Source: a virus (Duplodnaviria > Caudoviricetes). From it: DNA of 30,107 nt. The position numbers were made by a program, and so were the translations under genes. The stretch's first letter is position 1. The number at the start of each line of letters is the position of its first letter. The notes under the pieces were generated by a model. That model was not told where the DNA came from. It made no database searches and was given only the letters and a program-made list of their open reading frames with translations. The stretch is from the IMG/VR virus record IMGVR_UViG_3300032087_000761, positions 1-30,107 of that record; one strand, 5' to 3'. Positions 9,397 to 17,077 of the stretch are shown in pieces.

Positions 9397-10353
9397 ATGG
9401 CACAGCCAACTAACTCTTTTGACAGCTATGATGCTGTCGGTATCCGGGAAGACTTGGAAGACGTCATCTATGACGTATCGCCGGAGGAAACTCCCTTTTA
9501 TTCAGCTTGCGCGAAAGTAAAAGCTGCTAACACACTGCACGAGTGGCAGACAGATGCACTTCGTTCTTCAGCGGCTAACGCCCACATTGAAGGCGATGCA
9601 ACTACTGCAACTGCGCGTACTGCGACTTCACGTTTGGGTAACTACACTCAAATCTTTAAGAACGCAGTAAACATTCCTGACACAGACGAAGGTCTGAAGA
9701 AGGCAGGTCGTGCAGCAGAAATCGCTTACCAGATGCTTAAGACTGCTAAAGAGCAGAAGCTTGACATTGAGAAGGCGCTTTTCGACAACAACGCGCGTGT
9801 AGCTGGTAACTCAACTACAGCTCGTGAGCTTGCTGGTGCGCCAGCGTGGATGATCACCAACACTAGCTTCGGTGCTAACGAAGGTGCTGATCCTACTGGT
9901 GATGGAACTGACGCACGTACTGATGAGACTACAACTTTGCTTGCATTCTCACAGACTCGTTTTGACAGCGTAATGCAGTCAATTTGGGAGCAAGGTGGAA
10001 ACCCTGACTCTGTTTACTTGTCAGCTTTCCAGATGAACGTAGCTCTTGGCTTTGCTGGGAACAACAACCAGCGTTCAACTGTTAAGGCAGAAGACGAGCG
10101 TGTAATCAAGCACATGGATGTCTACGTTACACCTTGGGGTACAGTAGAGTTCATTCCTTCGCGTGAGAACCGTTCGCGTGACGTCTTCATTATGCAAGAC
10201 GACATGTGGGCCGTTGGTGTTCTTCGTCCAACCAAGAACATCGCGCTTGCGAAGACTGGTGACTCAACTACACGCCAGGTGACTACTGAGCTAACTCTTA
10301 TTTGTAAGAATGAGAAGGCTTCAGGCATCATCGCAGACTGCACAACTTCATAA
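9397..10353 (+). CDS. Major capsid protein (SU10-like/DUF5309 type)
   Basis: 318 aa; GIREDLEDVIYDVSPEETPF, HEWQTDAL, NYTQIF, LAKTGDS motifs; RBS GAGGT; strong codon bias; followed by a terminator. Confidence 0.9.
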   Translation: MAQPTNSFDSYDAVGIREDLEDVIYDVSPEETPFYSACAKVKAANTLHEWQTDALRSSAANAHIEGDATTATARTATSRLGNYTQIFKNAVNIPDTDEGLKKAGRAAEIAYQMLKTAKEQKLDIEKALFDNNARVAGNSTTARELAGAPAWMITNTSFGANEGADPTGDGTDARTDETTTLLAFSQTRFDSVMQSIWEQGGNPDSVYLSAFQMNVALGFAGNNNQRSTVKAEDERVIKHMDVYVTPWGTVEFIPSRENRSRDVFIMQDDMWAVGVLRPTKNIALAKTGDSTTRQVTTELTLICKNEKASGIIADCTTS

Positions 10354-10368
10354 GTCTGATTGTGGCTT

Positions 10369-10393
10369 AGGGGGCTTCGGCCCCCTCTTTTTT
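10369..10393 (+). terminator. Rho-independent terminator after the capsid gene
   Basis: AGGGGGC-TTCG-GCCCCCT stem with cUUCGg tetraloop, followed by CTTTTTT. Confidence 0.9.
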
Positions 10394-10404
10394 GGAGCTT
10401 AAAT

Positions 10405-10578
10405 ATGTATAAAGTAACTATCAGCACGCTGTTTATAGACGGCAAGAAGCATGTCCGTGGCGACATGGTAGACATTACTGAAGAGCAAGCTGTTCCACAT
10501 GGAACAAATTTGGAACTTGTTGCAGTAAAACGAAAGCGAGCAGCGCGGAAGAAAAAGGCAGAAAACAGTGAAGACTAA
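10405..10578 (+). CDS. Small hypothetical protein (57 aa)
   Basis: ATG 10405 follows RBS GGAG at 10394; the track start 10360 would run through the terminator; basic C-terminus. Confidence 0.65.
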   Translation: MYKVTISTLFIDGKKHVRGDMVDITEEQAVPHGTNLELVAVKRKRAARKKKAENSED

Positions 10579-10855
10579 AGAAAAGTTTCATAACAATCAC
10601 GACGGCACTTTTACTGTCGAAAAAGAATTTGACAACACGCCCTACTTAGAGCGCACACAAATGCTTCGCTCAATGGGTGCCGGTAAGCTCCCAGAGTCAT
10701 GGTGTGTTGGCTCTATTCCTATGCACCTACTGGCGCAATGGATGAAGGAAGAAAACGTGGCTTGGGATGATCGTGATGCTCGAAGCAAGCTAATCATGCG
10801 TAAGCTCAATGATCCAGACTTTAAAAAATTGCGGATAGTTGAAGGAAAAATTTAA
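10568..10855 (+). CDS. Conserved phage protein following the capsid gene
   Basis: 95 aa; VGSIP...W...KLNDPDFKKLR pattern familiar from capsid-adjacent genes of such phages; overlapping stop/start. Confidence 0.7.
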   Translation: MKTKEKFHNNHDGTFTVEKEFDNTPYLERTQMLRSMGAGKLPESWCVGSIPMHLLAQWMKEENVAWDDRDARSKLIMRKLNDPDFKKLRIVEGKI

Positions 10856-11490
10856 TGCGAGTCTGTGTTTTGCTCTTGCTTTTAGCATTGCCTGTCGGCG
10901 CGCAAGAAATACGCACTAACCCAGAAGCACCAGACAACAATCCAGAGACGCCCGATAATTATTTAGAGGGCGATCTTTCGCAGCAGAACTCCAACAACAA
11001 TAACTCTACAACTACCTATAACGGCAACGCTCCTAAATCGATGCCAACTAGCACCGCCATAGCCCCTAGCCTAATAAGCTCAGGGGTGCAGTCGTGTTTG
11101 AAAAGCACATCAAACGGCGTGCAGGGATTTACTTTTGGTATATCGCGCGGCTCATATGAGCAAGACCCGTTGTGTAACAAGCGAGCAAACGCCTTGGTCT
11201 TATCGCAACTTGGATTAAAAATAGCTGCCGTAAGTCTAATGTGCCAAGACAGTGATGTTTACAAAGCTTTATTAGTAAGTGGAAGTCCATGCCCATTAGT
11301 GGATCGTGGTAAAATAGTAGTGGGACGTCGGAGCTACCTCAAACTGAAACAAGCACCAGAATTGTATATACCGGGGTACGCAGACGATAAAGAGTGGTAT
11401 GACCGTATTTTAGGCGTAGGGGAAGAGGATGTCGAAGAAGTGGATACTGGCAGTTTGTCTGATCGTTTCCGCACCGCTGAGAGCAAATGA
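10855..11490 (+). CDS. Putative exported Cys-containing protein
   Basis: Signal-peptide-like N-terminus (MRVCVLLLLLALPVGA/QE), N/T-rich linker, four Cys in the mature domain (SC, LC, MC, PCP). Confidence 0.7.
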   Translation: MRVCVLLLLLALPVGAQEIRTNPEAPDNNPETPDNYLEGDLSQQNSNNNNSTTTYNGNAPKSMPTSTAIAPSLISSGVQSCLKSTSNGVQGFTFGISRGSYEQDPLCNKRANALVLSQLGLKIAAVSLMCQDSDVYKALLVSGSPCPLVDRGKIVVGRRSYLKLKQAPELYIPGYADDKEWYDRILGVGEEDVEEVDTGSLSDRFRTAESK

Positions 11491-12286
11491 ATTAGACAGC
11501 CTCGTTACCGCCAGTAGAGATTTACGCCAGCAGTTTTCAAACGGCATTATCGCTGTAGGCGGTATGTTAAATGTAGCGCAAAACGGCGGCATACCTGGCA
11601 ACGATATCCTTGCAAACAAAGACGCCTACATTACTGCTGAAAAACAACTAGCTTACAACGCCGCCATTCAAGCTATGCAAGCTGGCTCGTTTACTAACAT
11701 GGGCGCACAAGAATTTTTTGACCAGCAAGCTGCCGATCAAATGAGCCTGTTAGACGCTGCAATTGATAGTTATGTAGACGCGGCTACTGCATTAATAGAA
11801 GTTGCTACGTTGTCTGACCTTGCTGAGAGCTTACAAGATAGCCCCGATGACTCAGGAGCCTTGGAAGTGCAAAACTACATAAACGACAATCAAGATGCTG
11901 TAGTTTTAACAGATGAGGAAGTTACTGCGTATAACCAATCGATGGATGATGTCGTTGAAATCGCACAACAGGCTGCTAGTTTTTTTGCAGTAGCGAATGA
12001 CGAGACGTTGATAGCAGAAGCAAACGACGCCGCCGCACAATACACTGCAAGTTACTCAGAGGCCGGTGACGCATTTTTTGACAACATGACAGGCATCGTC
12101 AGTGTTGATTTTATCGACTACAACATGACAGTAATGCTGGATGTGAACCCTTATTTCATGCAAGACACTGAAATTATGTCAGTGGGCGCAGAGTCTGTTT
12201 TTTACTATACAAGCCCTGAAGGCGGATGTTGGTTTGCCGCAGACAGAGAAGCGTGCTTAGAGGAGTTAGGCGTCTATGGCCCTTGA
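11429..12286 (+). CDS. Putative exported acidic helical protein
   Basis: RBS GAGG; signal-peptide-like MSKKWILAVCLIVSAPLRA/NE; very D/E/A-rich; C-terminal Cys pair. Confidence 0.7.
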   Translation: MSKKWILAVCLIVSAPLRANELDSLVTASRDLRQQFSNGIIAVGGMLNVAQNGGIPGNDILANKDAYITAEKQLAYNAAIQAMQAGSFTNMGAQEFFDQQAADQMSLLDAAIDSYVDAATALIEVATLSDLAESLQDSPDDSGALEVQNYINDNQDAVVLTDEEVTAYNQSMDDVVEIAQQAASFFAVANDETLIAEANDAAAQYTASYSEAGDAFFDNMTGIVSVDFIDYNMTVMLDVNPYFMQDTEIMSVGAESVFYYTSPEGGCWFAADREACLEELGVYGP

Positions 12287-12806
12287 TGACCTAGAGCTAA
12301 ATGTAGGCGGAACCTCTATTAAAGGGGTGTACATAGCAATTTTGTTTTCGTTTGCCGGCACTATTGGATCAGGAATCTGGGCCGCAAGTGAGTTTTTTTC
12401 GCGTTTAGACGCTCAGGAAGACGCTGTAAGAGACGCTGAGGAAAGGGCAAAGGTTATAGAGGGCAAGTTTGAAATGCTTTCTGAGGGGCAATCTACGGCC
12501 TTACAGAAGTATGAGGTAACAATATCGAACATGGAGCAACAGCTAGTTGATAACGACATTGCCTCTTTGCAAGGAAAATTAGCCGAGCTTGGCGCTAATT
12601 TAGAAGCTATAATGCAAGCACAGAAAGAGTTACTGGATCTGCGGGACCGGATTTCCGCCGTGGAGAAATCAAATGCGGAGGCTGTGCTAACGGTAGAATC
12701 CCGTGTGCAGTCATTGGAAAAGAGTGAGCGCGTGTTGCAGCGCGTGGACACGGAAATCGAGAATCTTTGGCAGGCGCTAGATTCTCTTCCATTTAGCAGT
12801 GGATGA
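12276..12806 (+). CDS. Membrane-anchored coiled-coil protein
   Basis: One N-terminal TM segment (GVYIAILFSFAGTIGSGIWAA) followed by long heptad repeats. Confidence 0.7.
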   Translation: MALDDLELNVGGTSIKGVYIAILFSFAGTIGSGIWAASEFFSRLDAQEDAVRDAEERAKVIEGKFEMLSEGQSTALQKYEVTISNMEQQLVDNDIASLQGKLAELGANLEAIMQAQKELLDLRDRISAVEKSNAEAVLTVESRVQSLEKSERVLQRVDTEIENLWQALDSLPFSSG

Positions 12807-13044
12807 CGACATGGAAAACGTAGGCCGGGAAGCAATTATACGATTAGAGGCGCATGAAAAAGAGTGTCTCGTGAGATACCAGAACATACAAGACACACTT
12901 AACAAGCACCACGAACGCTTTGATAAATTAGAAAGCAAAACAGCCTATGGTTTCGAGCGCATTGAGAAGTTTATGATGTGGGGCGGCACCATCGTTATCG
13001 CTGTTATTTCCGTTCTGTTAACTATCTTGGAATTTATGCGATGA
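12799..13044 (+). CDS. Coiled-coil plus C-terminal TM protein (holin/XhlA-like)
   Basis: RLEAHEKECLVRY...RFDKLE then a hydrophobic C-terminal helix; sits in the lysis cluster. Start may be ATG 12811. Confidence 0.6.
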   Translation: MDDDMENVGREAIIRLEAHEKECLVRYQNIQDTLNKHHERFDKLESKTAYGFERIEKFMMWGGTIVIAVISVLLTILEFMR

Positions 13045-13517
13045 AGTTCGATGCAATCAAAGGTTTGGTTGGCGACCTGGCTCCTACCATTGGCGCGGCG
13101 CTTGGCGGCCCTGTAGGTGGTGCAGCGGCTGGCATGCTGGCTAACGTATTAGGCTGTGATCCTACGCCTCAGAAAATTGAAAAGGCTCTCCAGCAGGCTA
13201 CTCCAGAACAGTTAGCTGAAATTAAAAAAGCTGAACTTGACTTTGAAGTCAGGATGAAAGAGCTTGAGGTTGATGTATTCGCATTAGAAACAAAGGATGC
13301 TCAACATGCTAGAGAGTCTTTCAGAGAAGATTGGACAGCTCGCACTATTGCGCTCATTTCGATTTTGCTTTTCGGTGGCTATGTTTTGCTTGTTACTATT
13401 CAGCCTCCAGAAGCAAATGACGATGGGATCGTTAACTTGGTGTTGGGATATTTGGGGGGGATTGTGTCTTCGGTAATCTCTTTCTACTTCGGTGCCAGTC
13501 AGTCTAAAAACAAATGA
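13041..13517 (+). CDS. Putative holin (3TM/GTA-holin-like)
   Basis: ATGA overlap at 13041; APTIGAALGGPVGG N-terminus, AR...DW, two TM helices, FYFGAS C-terminus; immediately before the endolysin. Confidence 0.7.
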   Translation: MKFDAIKGLVGDLAPTIGAALGGPVGGAAAGMLANVLGCDPTPQKIEKALQQATPEQLAEIKKAELDFEVRMKELEVDVFALETKDAQHARESFREDWTARTIALISILLFGGYVLLVTIQPPEANDDGIVNLVLGYLGGIVSSVISFYFGASQSKNK

Positions 13518-13930
13518 GCAAATTAATCGAGCAGTTGAAGCGGCATGAAGGCGTCAGGACGCACGCTTATAAGTGCAGCGCTGATTACATTACTGTCGGC
13601 GTCGGTCGCAACATAGATGAAGATGGCGGCTTAGGTTTATCAGACGATGAAATCGATTACCTGCTCGCTAATGATATAAAACGGTGCAAGCAAGAACTGG
13701 TCGCACTATCTTGGTTCGTAGATCTTGATGAGGTGCGCCAAGACGCCCTAACCAATCTTTGTTTTAACCTTGGTCTAACCCGGTTGCTTGGGTTTCGTAA
13801 CGCTATGGCCGCAATGGCAGAAGGCGATTACGAGAAGGCGGCTGATGAGTTTTTAGACTCCCGGTGGGCTACCCAAGTGGGTCAGCGCGCTATCGAAGTC
13901 ACTAACATGATTCGCTCTGGATCGTATTAA
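13514..13930 (+). CDS. Endolysin, T4-lysozyme-like muramidase (GH24)
   Basis: HEGVRTHAYKCSADYITVGVGRN (E-x8-C-x5-T catalytic pattern), NLCFNLG, DSRWATQVGQRA. Confidence 0.9.
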   Translation: MSKLIEQLKRHEGVRTHAYKCSADYITVGVGRNIDEDGGLGLSDDEIDYLLANDIKRCKQELVALSWFVDLDEVRQDALTNLCFNLGLTRLLGFRNAMAAMAEGDYEKAADEFLDSRWATQVGQRAIEVTNMIRSGSY

Positions 13931-13934
13931 TTAA

Positions 13935-13970
13935 ATAACAATAGTTGTTATCTATAACATGAACTGTTAT
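13935..13970. promoter_or_regulatory. Two tandem 17-bp palindromic operators ATAACA-N5-TGTTAT
   Basis: ATAACAATAGTTGTTAT (13935-13951) and ATAACATGAACTGTTAT (13954-13970), overlapping the -35 and -10 boxes. Confidence 0.75.
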
Positions 13971-13973
13971 TGT
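13945..13973 (+). promoter_or_regulatory. Sigma70-like early promoter
   Basis: TTGTTA (13945-13950), 17-nt spacer, TATTGT (13968-13973) with extended -10 TG; AT-rich gap at the lysis/early boundary. Confidence 0.6.
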
Positions 13974-14010
13974 ATCCCTGTGCAATGTTGCACATAAGGG
14001 AGACTTAACC

Positions 14011-14346
14011 ATGTTTAGAAGTGTAGAAGTGATGTATGACGCGGTTGATTTGTACGATCAGGTAGGCGGCGACCTGGAGCGAATTAATGAGTTGAGCATG
14101 CAAGACCGTGGCTATCTTATTTTAGAGGTAGAAGAGCAGTACGGAGAGATCCTTTCCGAGGCTTTGTTGCGTGCCAACAATCCCGCAGAGTTCCTAATCA
14201 ACTTGTTTGCGCCTGAGCGTCCAAGCGATCCGTTTATCGACGGTTTGCGCGACACGCTATGGACTTATGCCTATCCGACTGTCGAAGAAAACTTAGAGCG
14301 TCAATTCGACATCATCATCAACGCGCGCGCTTACGGAGGTTGCTAA
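14011..14346 (+). CDS. Hypothetical acidic early protein
   Basis: RBS AAGGGAG; first gene after the early promoter; 111 aa. Confidence 0.7.
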   Translation: MFRSVEVMYDAVDLYDQVGGDLERINELSMQDRGYLILEVEEQYGEILSEALLRANNPAEFLINLFAPERPSDPFIDGLRDTLWTYAYPTVEENLERQFDIIINARAYGGC

Positions 14347-14597
14347 TGTTTGATTACGAGCAGGTAATGAGCGAAGGCTGGAAGCAGGTATCACAAGTGT
14401 TAGCCAGGGAGTATCGCCACGGCTTTGAGTGTGGCTACTCTGGTCGGTACTTGGATGTAAGGCCACGCATGAGCGATGCGTTCTCGCAAGGCTACGCGGC
14501 TGGCGAAGAGCTTGCGCGTGTTGAGTATGCGCAGAGCGCAGCACCACAACAGGGTTACGAGGACGTGACCTACGAAGAAATGGCAAAGGGAGTTTGA
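14346..14597 (+). CDS. Hypothetical early protein (83 aa)
   Basis: TAATG overlap and RBS GGAGGT support ATG 14346 rather than 14259; YxxGFxxGYxG...FxxGYxxG pattern. Confidence 0.65.
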   Translation: MFDYEQVMSEGWKQVSQVLAREYRHGFECGYSGRYLDVRPRMSDAFSQGYAAGEELARVEYAQSAAPQQGYEDVTYEEMAKGV

Positions 14598-14598
14598 G

Positions 14599-15192
14599 AT
14601 GACCGAAGGAATTGTGCCGATTCACGGCAAACAGTACAAAACGGTTGCGTACCGAGTGAATGAGTTTAGGGAAAAGCATCCTGACTACACCATCAGTACG
14701 GAGCTGGTAGAGGCTAATGACGCGCTTGTGGTTATGAAGGCGAGCATTAGCAATCAAGAGGGCAGGTTGTTAGCCACAGGCTTTGCAGAAGAGGTTAGGG
14801 CCGCGAGCAAAATTAACCGCACGTCTGCCTTAGAGAATGCGGAGACGTCAGCTATCGGTCGCGCATTGGCTGCGCTGGGCTTGGCTGGTACTGAGTATGC
14901 GTCTGCCGATGAGGTAGCTAATGCTATTAGTCAGCAGAACGATACAGGGCCGTTGATGGCTCACAACGAAGCACTACAGCGCAACTATGCGTCTGTGTAC
15001 TTCATCAAAGAACACCTCGCATTACAGGCATGGGAGGCCGTGGCAGAGGCGTGGGGCGAGATCAGTAACGAGGACAAAAAAGCGTTATGGGTTGCGCCCA
15101 GTAAGGGAGGGATCTTTACAACTGCTGAGCGTAATGATCTTAAGAGCAACGAGTTCAACGAAGCTAGAAAGCTAATTTTAGGAGAAAGCTAA
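14599..15192 (+). CDS. Single-strand annealing recombinase (Rad52/Sak-like)
   Basis: IHGKQYKTVAYRVNEF, ATGFAEE, INRTSALENAETSAIGRALAALG motifs; adjacent to SSB. Confidence 0.7.
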   Translation: MTEGIVPIHGKQYKTVAYRVNEFREKHPDYTISTELVEANDALVVMKASISNQEGRLLATGFAEEVRAASKINRTSALENAETSAIGRALAALGLAGTEYASADEVANAISQQNDTGPLMAHNEALQRNYASVYFIKEHLALQAWEAVAEAWGEISNEDKKALWVAPSKGGIFTTAERNDLKSNEFNEARKLILGES

Positions 15193-15461
15193 TGGAGTAT
15201 GACAACACTAACCGGGGCGTTCTATTCAAGAACGACAAAAAAACCGATGAAAAGCATCCTGACTACAAGGGCAGTTACATGGATGCGAATGGCGCTGACC
15301 ACTGGCTAAATGCGTGGTTAGCAAAAGATAAGAATGGCAATACCTACATGCGTCTTAGCACTAAGCTTAAGGATGAGGCGCACAACAAGGGCATGCAGCA
15401 AGCGCGTGCAGCTCTGGCTCCACAATCAGAAGGATTCCTTTCGGATGACATTCCATTTTAA
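15192..15461 (+). CDS. Single-stranded DNA-binding protein
   Basis: GVLFKND...KHPDYKG...WLNAW core; acidic C-terminal tail SDDIPF; RBS AGGAG; follows the SSAP. Confidence 0.8.
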   Translation: MEYDNTNRGVLFKNDKKTDEKHPDYKGSYMDANGADHWLNAWLAKDKNGNTYMRLSTKLKDEAHNKGMQQARAALAPQSEGFLSDDIPF

Positions 15462-15663
15462 GGTCGGTGAGCAAATCACCGCATTATTAGAGTCGTGTGG
15501 TGACCCTCATGGTCATGTAATGGCTAAAGAAATGGGGGTTACTCCTATGACAATCCACCGATGGAAAAAAGCCGAAGACATGAAGCTTTCTCGAATGATC
15601 GATGTTTGCGAATACTTTGGTTTGACGTTTGAAGAGTTTTTAGCTTGGGAGGAAGAGCAATGA
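15445..15663 (+). CDS. Cro/XRE-like HTH transcriptional regulator (72 aa)
   Basis: MAKEMGVTPMTIHRWKK HTH followed by LSRMIDVCEYFGLTFEEF; ATG 15445 preferred over 15334. Confidence 0.75.
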   Translation: MTFHFKVGEQITALLESCGDPHGHVMAKEMGVTPMTIHRWKKAEDMKLSRMIDVCEYFGLTFEEFLAWEEEQ

Positions 15664-15962
15664 GTTTTGATCCAACAACTGCAAAACAAATACCAAATTT
15701 CGATGGCGCAGACTATCAGCCAGGACGTGACAATCCTCGGTTGAGAGGTCAGTTGTTGCGTGTATGGAATGAGGTTAAGGCTGGCGAGTGGAAAACGTTG
15801 CGCAGCATTGCAGACTGTACCGGTGACCCTGAGGCATCAGTGTCCGCTCAATTACGACACTTGCGCAAAGATCGTTTTGGCGCGCACGAAGTAGAGCGAC
15901 GTCACAAAGGCAATGGTGTTTATGAATATCGTTTGCTTATAAATAAAAAGCCCCTCGAGTGA
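15660..15962 (+). CDS. Winged-helix DNA-binding protein
   Basis: WKTLRSIADCTGDPEASVSAQLRHLRK helix-turn-helix plus beta wing (VERRHKGNGVYEYRL); ATGA overlap at 15660. Confidence 0.75.
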   Translation: MSFDPTTAKQIPNFDGADYQPGRDNPRLRGQLLRVWNEVKAGEWKTLRSIADCTGDPEASVSAQLRHLRKDRFGAHEVERRHKGNGVYEYRLLINKKPLE

Positions 15963-15968
15963 GGGGCT
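15945..15968 (-). terminator. Minus-strand intrinsic terminator
   Basis: AGCCCCTC-GAGT-GAGGGGCT hairpin (15949-15968) preceded by AAAAA on +, i.e. a U-tract on the - strand only. Confidence 0.7.
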
Positions 15969-16046
15969 AAGGGAGTCACTTGTACCGTGGCGGTAGTTAG
16001 TGATAGTCTTAACTCGGCTAAGTAAGACATGAGTAGTATACACGAA

Positions 16047-16095
16047 GGGACGTCTCTGGACACCCTTGGACACCCCATAACTACTTATTTCTTCC
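16047..16095. other. Putative replication origin (iterons plus AT-rich tract)
   Basis: Three 10-bp phased repeats GGGACGTCTC/TGGACACCCT/TGGACACCCC followed by ATAACTACTTATTTCTT, between a wHTH gene and an initiator-like gene. Confidence 0.45.
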
Positions 16096-16105
16096 CTTTG
16101 TCAGA

Positions 16106-16228
16106 GATTACTGGGCGTTAGGCCGAGGAACCAAAGAACCTCGGAGACGGAGTTGACCCTCTTCATGATGCGCCCCGTTGGCCGAGAGCAGGTCAAGCGG
16201 ATAGATGTCAAGATTCGATACAGTAATC
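16106..16228. ncRNA. Putative structured non-coding RNA or ssDNA element
   Basis: Closing stem GATTACTG/CAGTAATC with nested stems CCGAGG/CCTCGG and TTGACC-CTCT/AGAG-CA-GGTCAA; no credible ORF; family not recognised. Confidence 0.45.
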
Positions 16229-16292
16229 AACGCTCGTCATTATTAACTAATTGATTGCTTGTCGCGTAGCGACATCAAAAGGGAAAGTGTGG

Positions 16293-16682
16293 ATGATTAT
16301 TTTGAATGACGGTACATACTTCGAGGTAGACGATGAATACTCTATCTACCTGCAACAGAGTTACCCAGACATTGACGTGTACCGGGAGCTTCTGGCAATG
16401 GCCGCGTGGAGCGATGCCAACCCTTCTAAGCGTAAGACGCCGAAAGGCATAAAAAGGTTTATCACAGCTTGGTTAAACAAGGCCAGCAAAGAGGAGCGCG
16501 GTATCTCTCCCTTTGCGGCCCAGATACCTCATAACGAAGTTCGTGGTAAAATCGGGCTGAAGGCTTGGACATCGGTGGATTGTTTGACCCACGATTTTAT
16601 GGAATCAGAGGCGTTTCGCAAGCGATGCCTAAAGCAATACGGCCAGTATGTGACGCTGAACGGCGATAGGGTAGAAGCATGA
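16293..16682 (+). CDS. Replication initiator C-terminal-like domain (helicase-recruiting), stand-alone
   Basis: YPDIDVYRELLAMAAWSDANPSKRKTPKGIKRFITAWLNKA resembles the C-terminal domain of phage replisome organisers; ATG 16293 follows AAGGGA. Confidence 0.6.
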   Translation: MIILNDGTYFEVDDEYSIYLQQSYPDIDVYRELLAMAAWSDANPSKRKTPKGIKRFITAWLNKASKEERGISPFAAQIPHNEVRGKIGLKAWTSVDCLTHDFMESEAFRKRCLKQYGQYVTLNGDRVEA

Positions 16683-17062
16683 GCGAGCGCTGGGTGGTGA
16701 ATAATAAGTACCAGGCCGAGCAGTTTTGTCAGTACATTATGGAACACCGGGATGCTGGCAAGGTGTACGAAATCCTCGAGCCGAAATTAACTACGCAACA
16801 AATGAAAGCAATTCATGCTTACTGTGATGACATTGCTAGAGCTTTAGCAGCAAGTGGTCATGACATGCAACAGGTTGTAACACTGCCGATAGAGCCAACG
16901 GGAAAGCTAGTGAAGGAGATCATTTGGCGACCCGTACAGAAAGCGCTGTTTGGTAAGAAATCCGTGACGCAACTAAAGATGCACGATGTAGACGACGTGT
17001 TTCGAGTCATTGCCAAGCACATGGCAGAAACTCATGATATCGATGTGAGGTTCGGTCGCTAA
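16679..17062 (+). CDS. NinB/Orf-like recombination protein
   Basis: TxxQxKAIHAYCDDIA...SVTQL pattern and position in a nin-like region. Confidence 0.55.
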   Translation: MSERWVVNNKYQAEQFCQYIMEHRDAGKVYEILEPKLTTQQMKAIHAYCDDIARALAASGHDMQQVVTLPIEPTGKLVKEIIWRPVQKALFGKKSVTQLKMHDVDDVFRVIAKHMAETHDIDVRFGR

Positions 17063-17077
17063 TTTCTCTGGGGGGAG

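Noticed and set aside
11429-11490. LAVC as a lipobox (o-spanin)
   Set aside because: Cys at residue 10 is too early, the hydrophobic stretch continues to an SPase I-like site, and the protein is too large and acidic for an o-spanin.
15852-16073. 73-aa minus-strand ORF across the putative origin
   Set aside because: It runs through the minus-strand terminator and has no recognisable motif; a non-coding interpretation fits better, though it is not excluded.
16106-16228. Retron msr-msd, DGR or self-splicing intron
   Set aside because: No reverse transcriptase in the window, no adenine-specific TR/VR pair, and no group I/II core motifs recognised.
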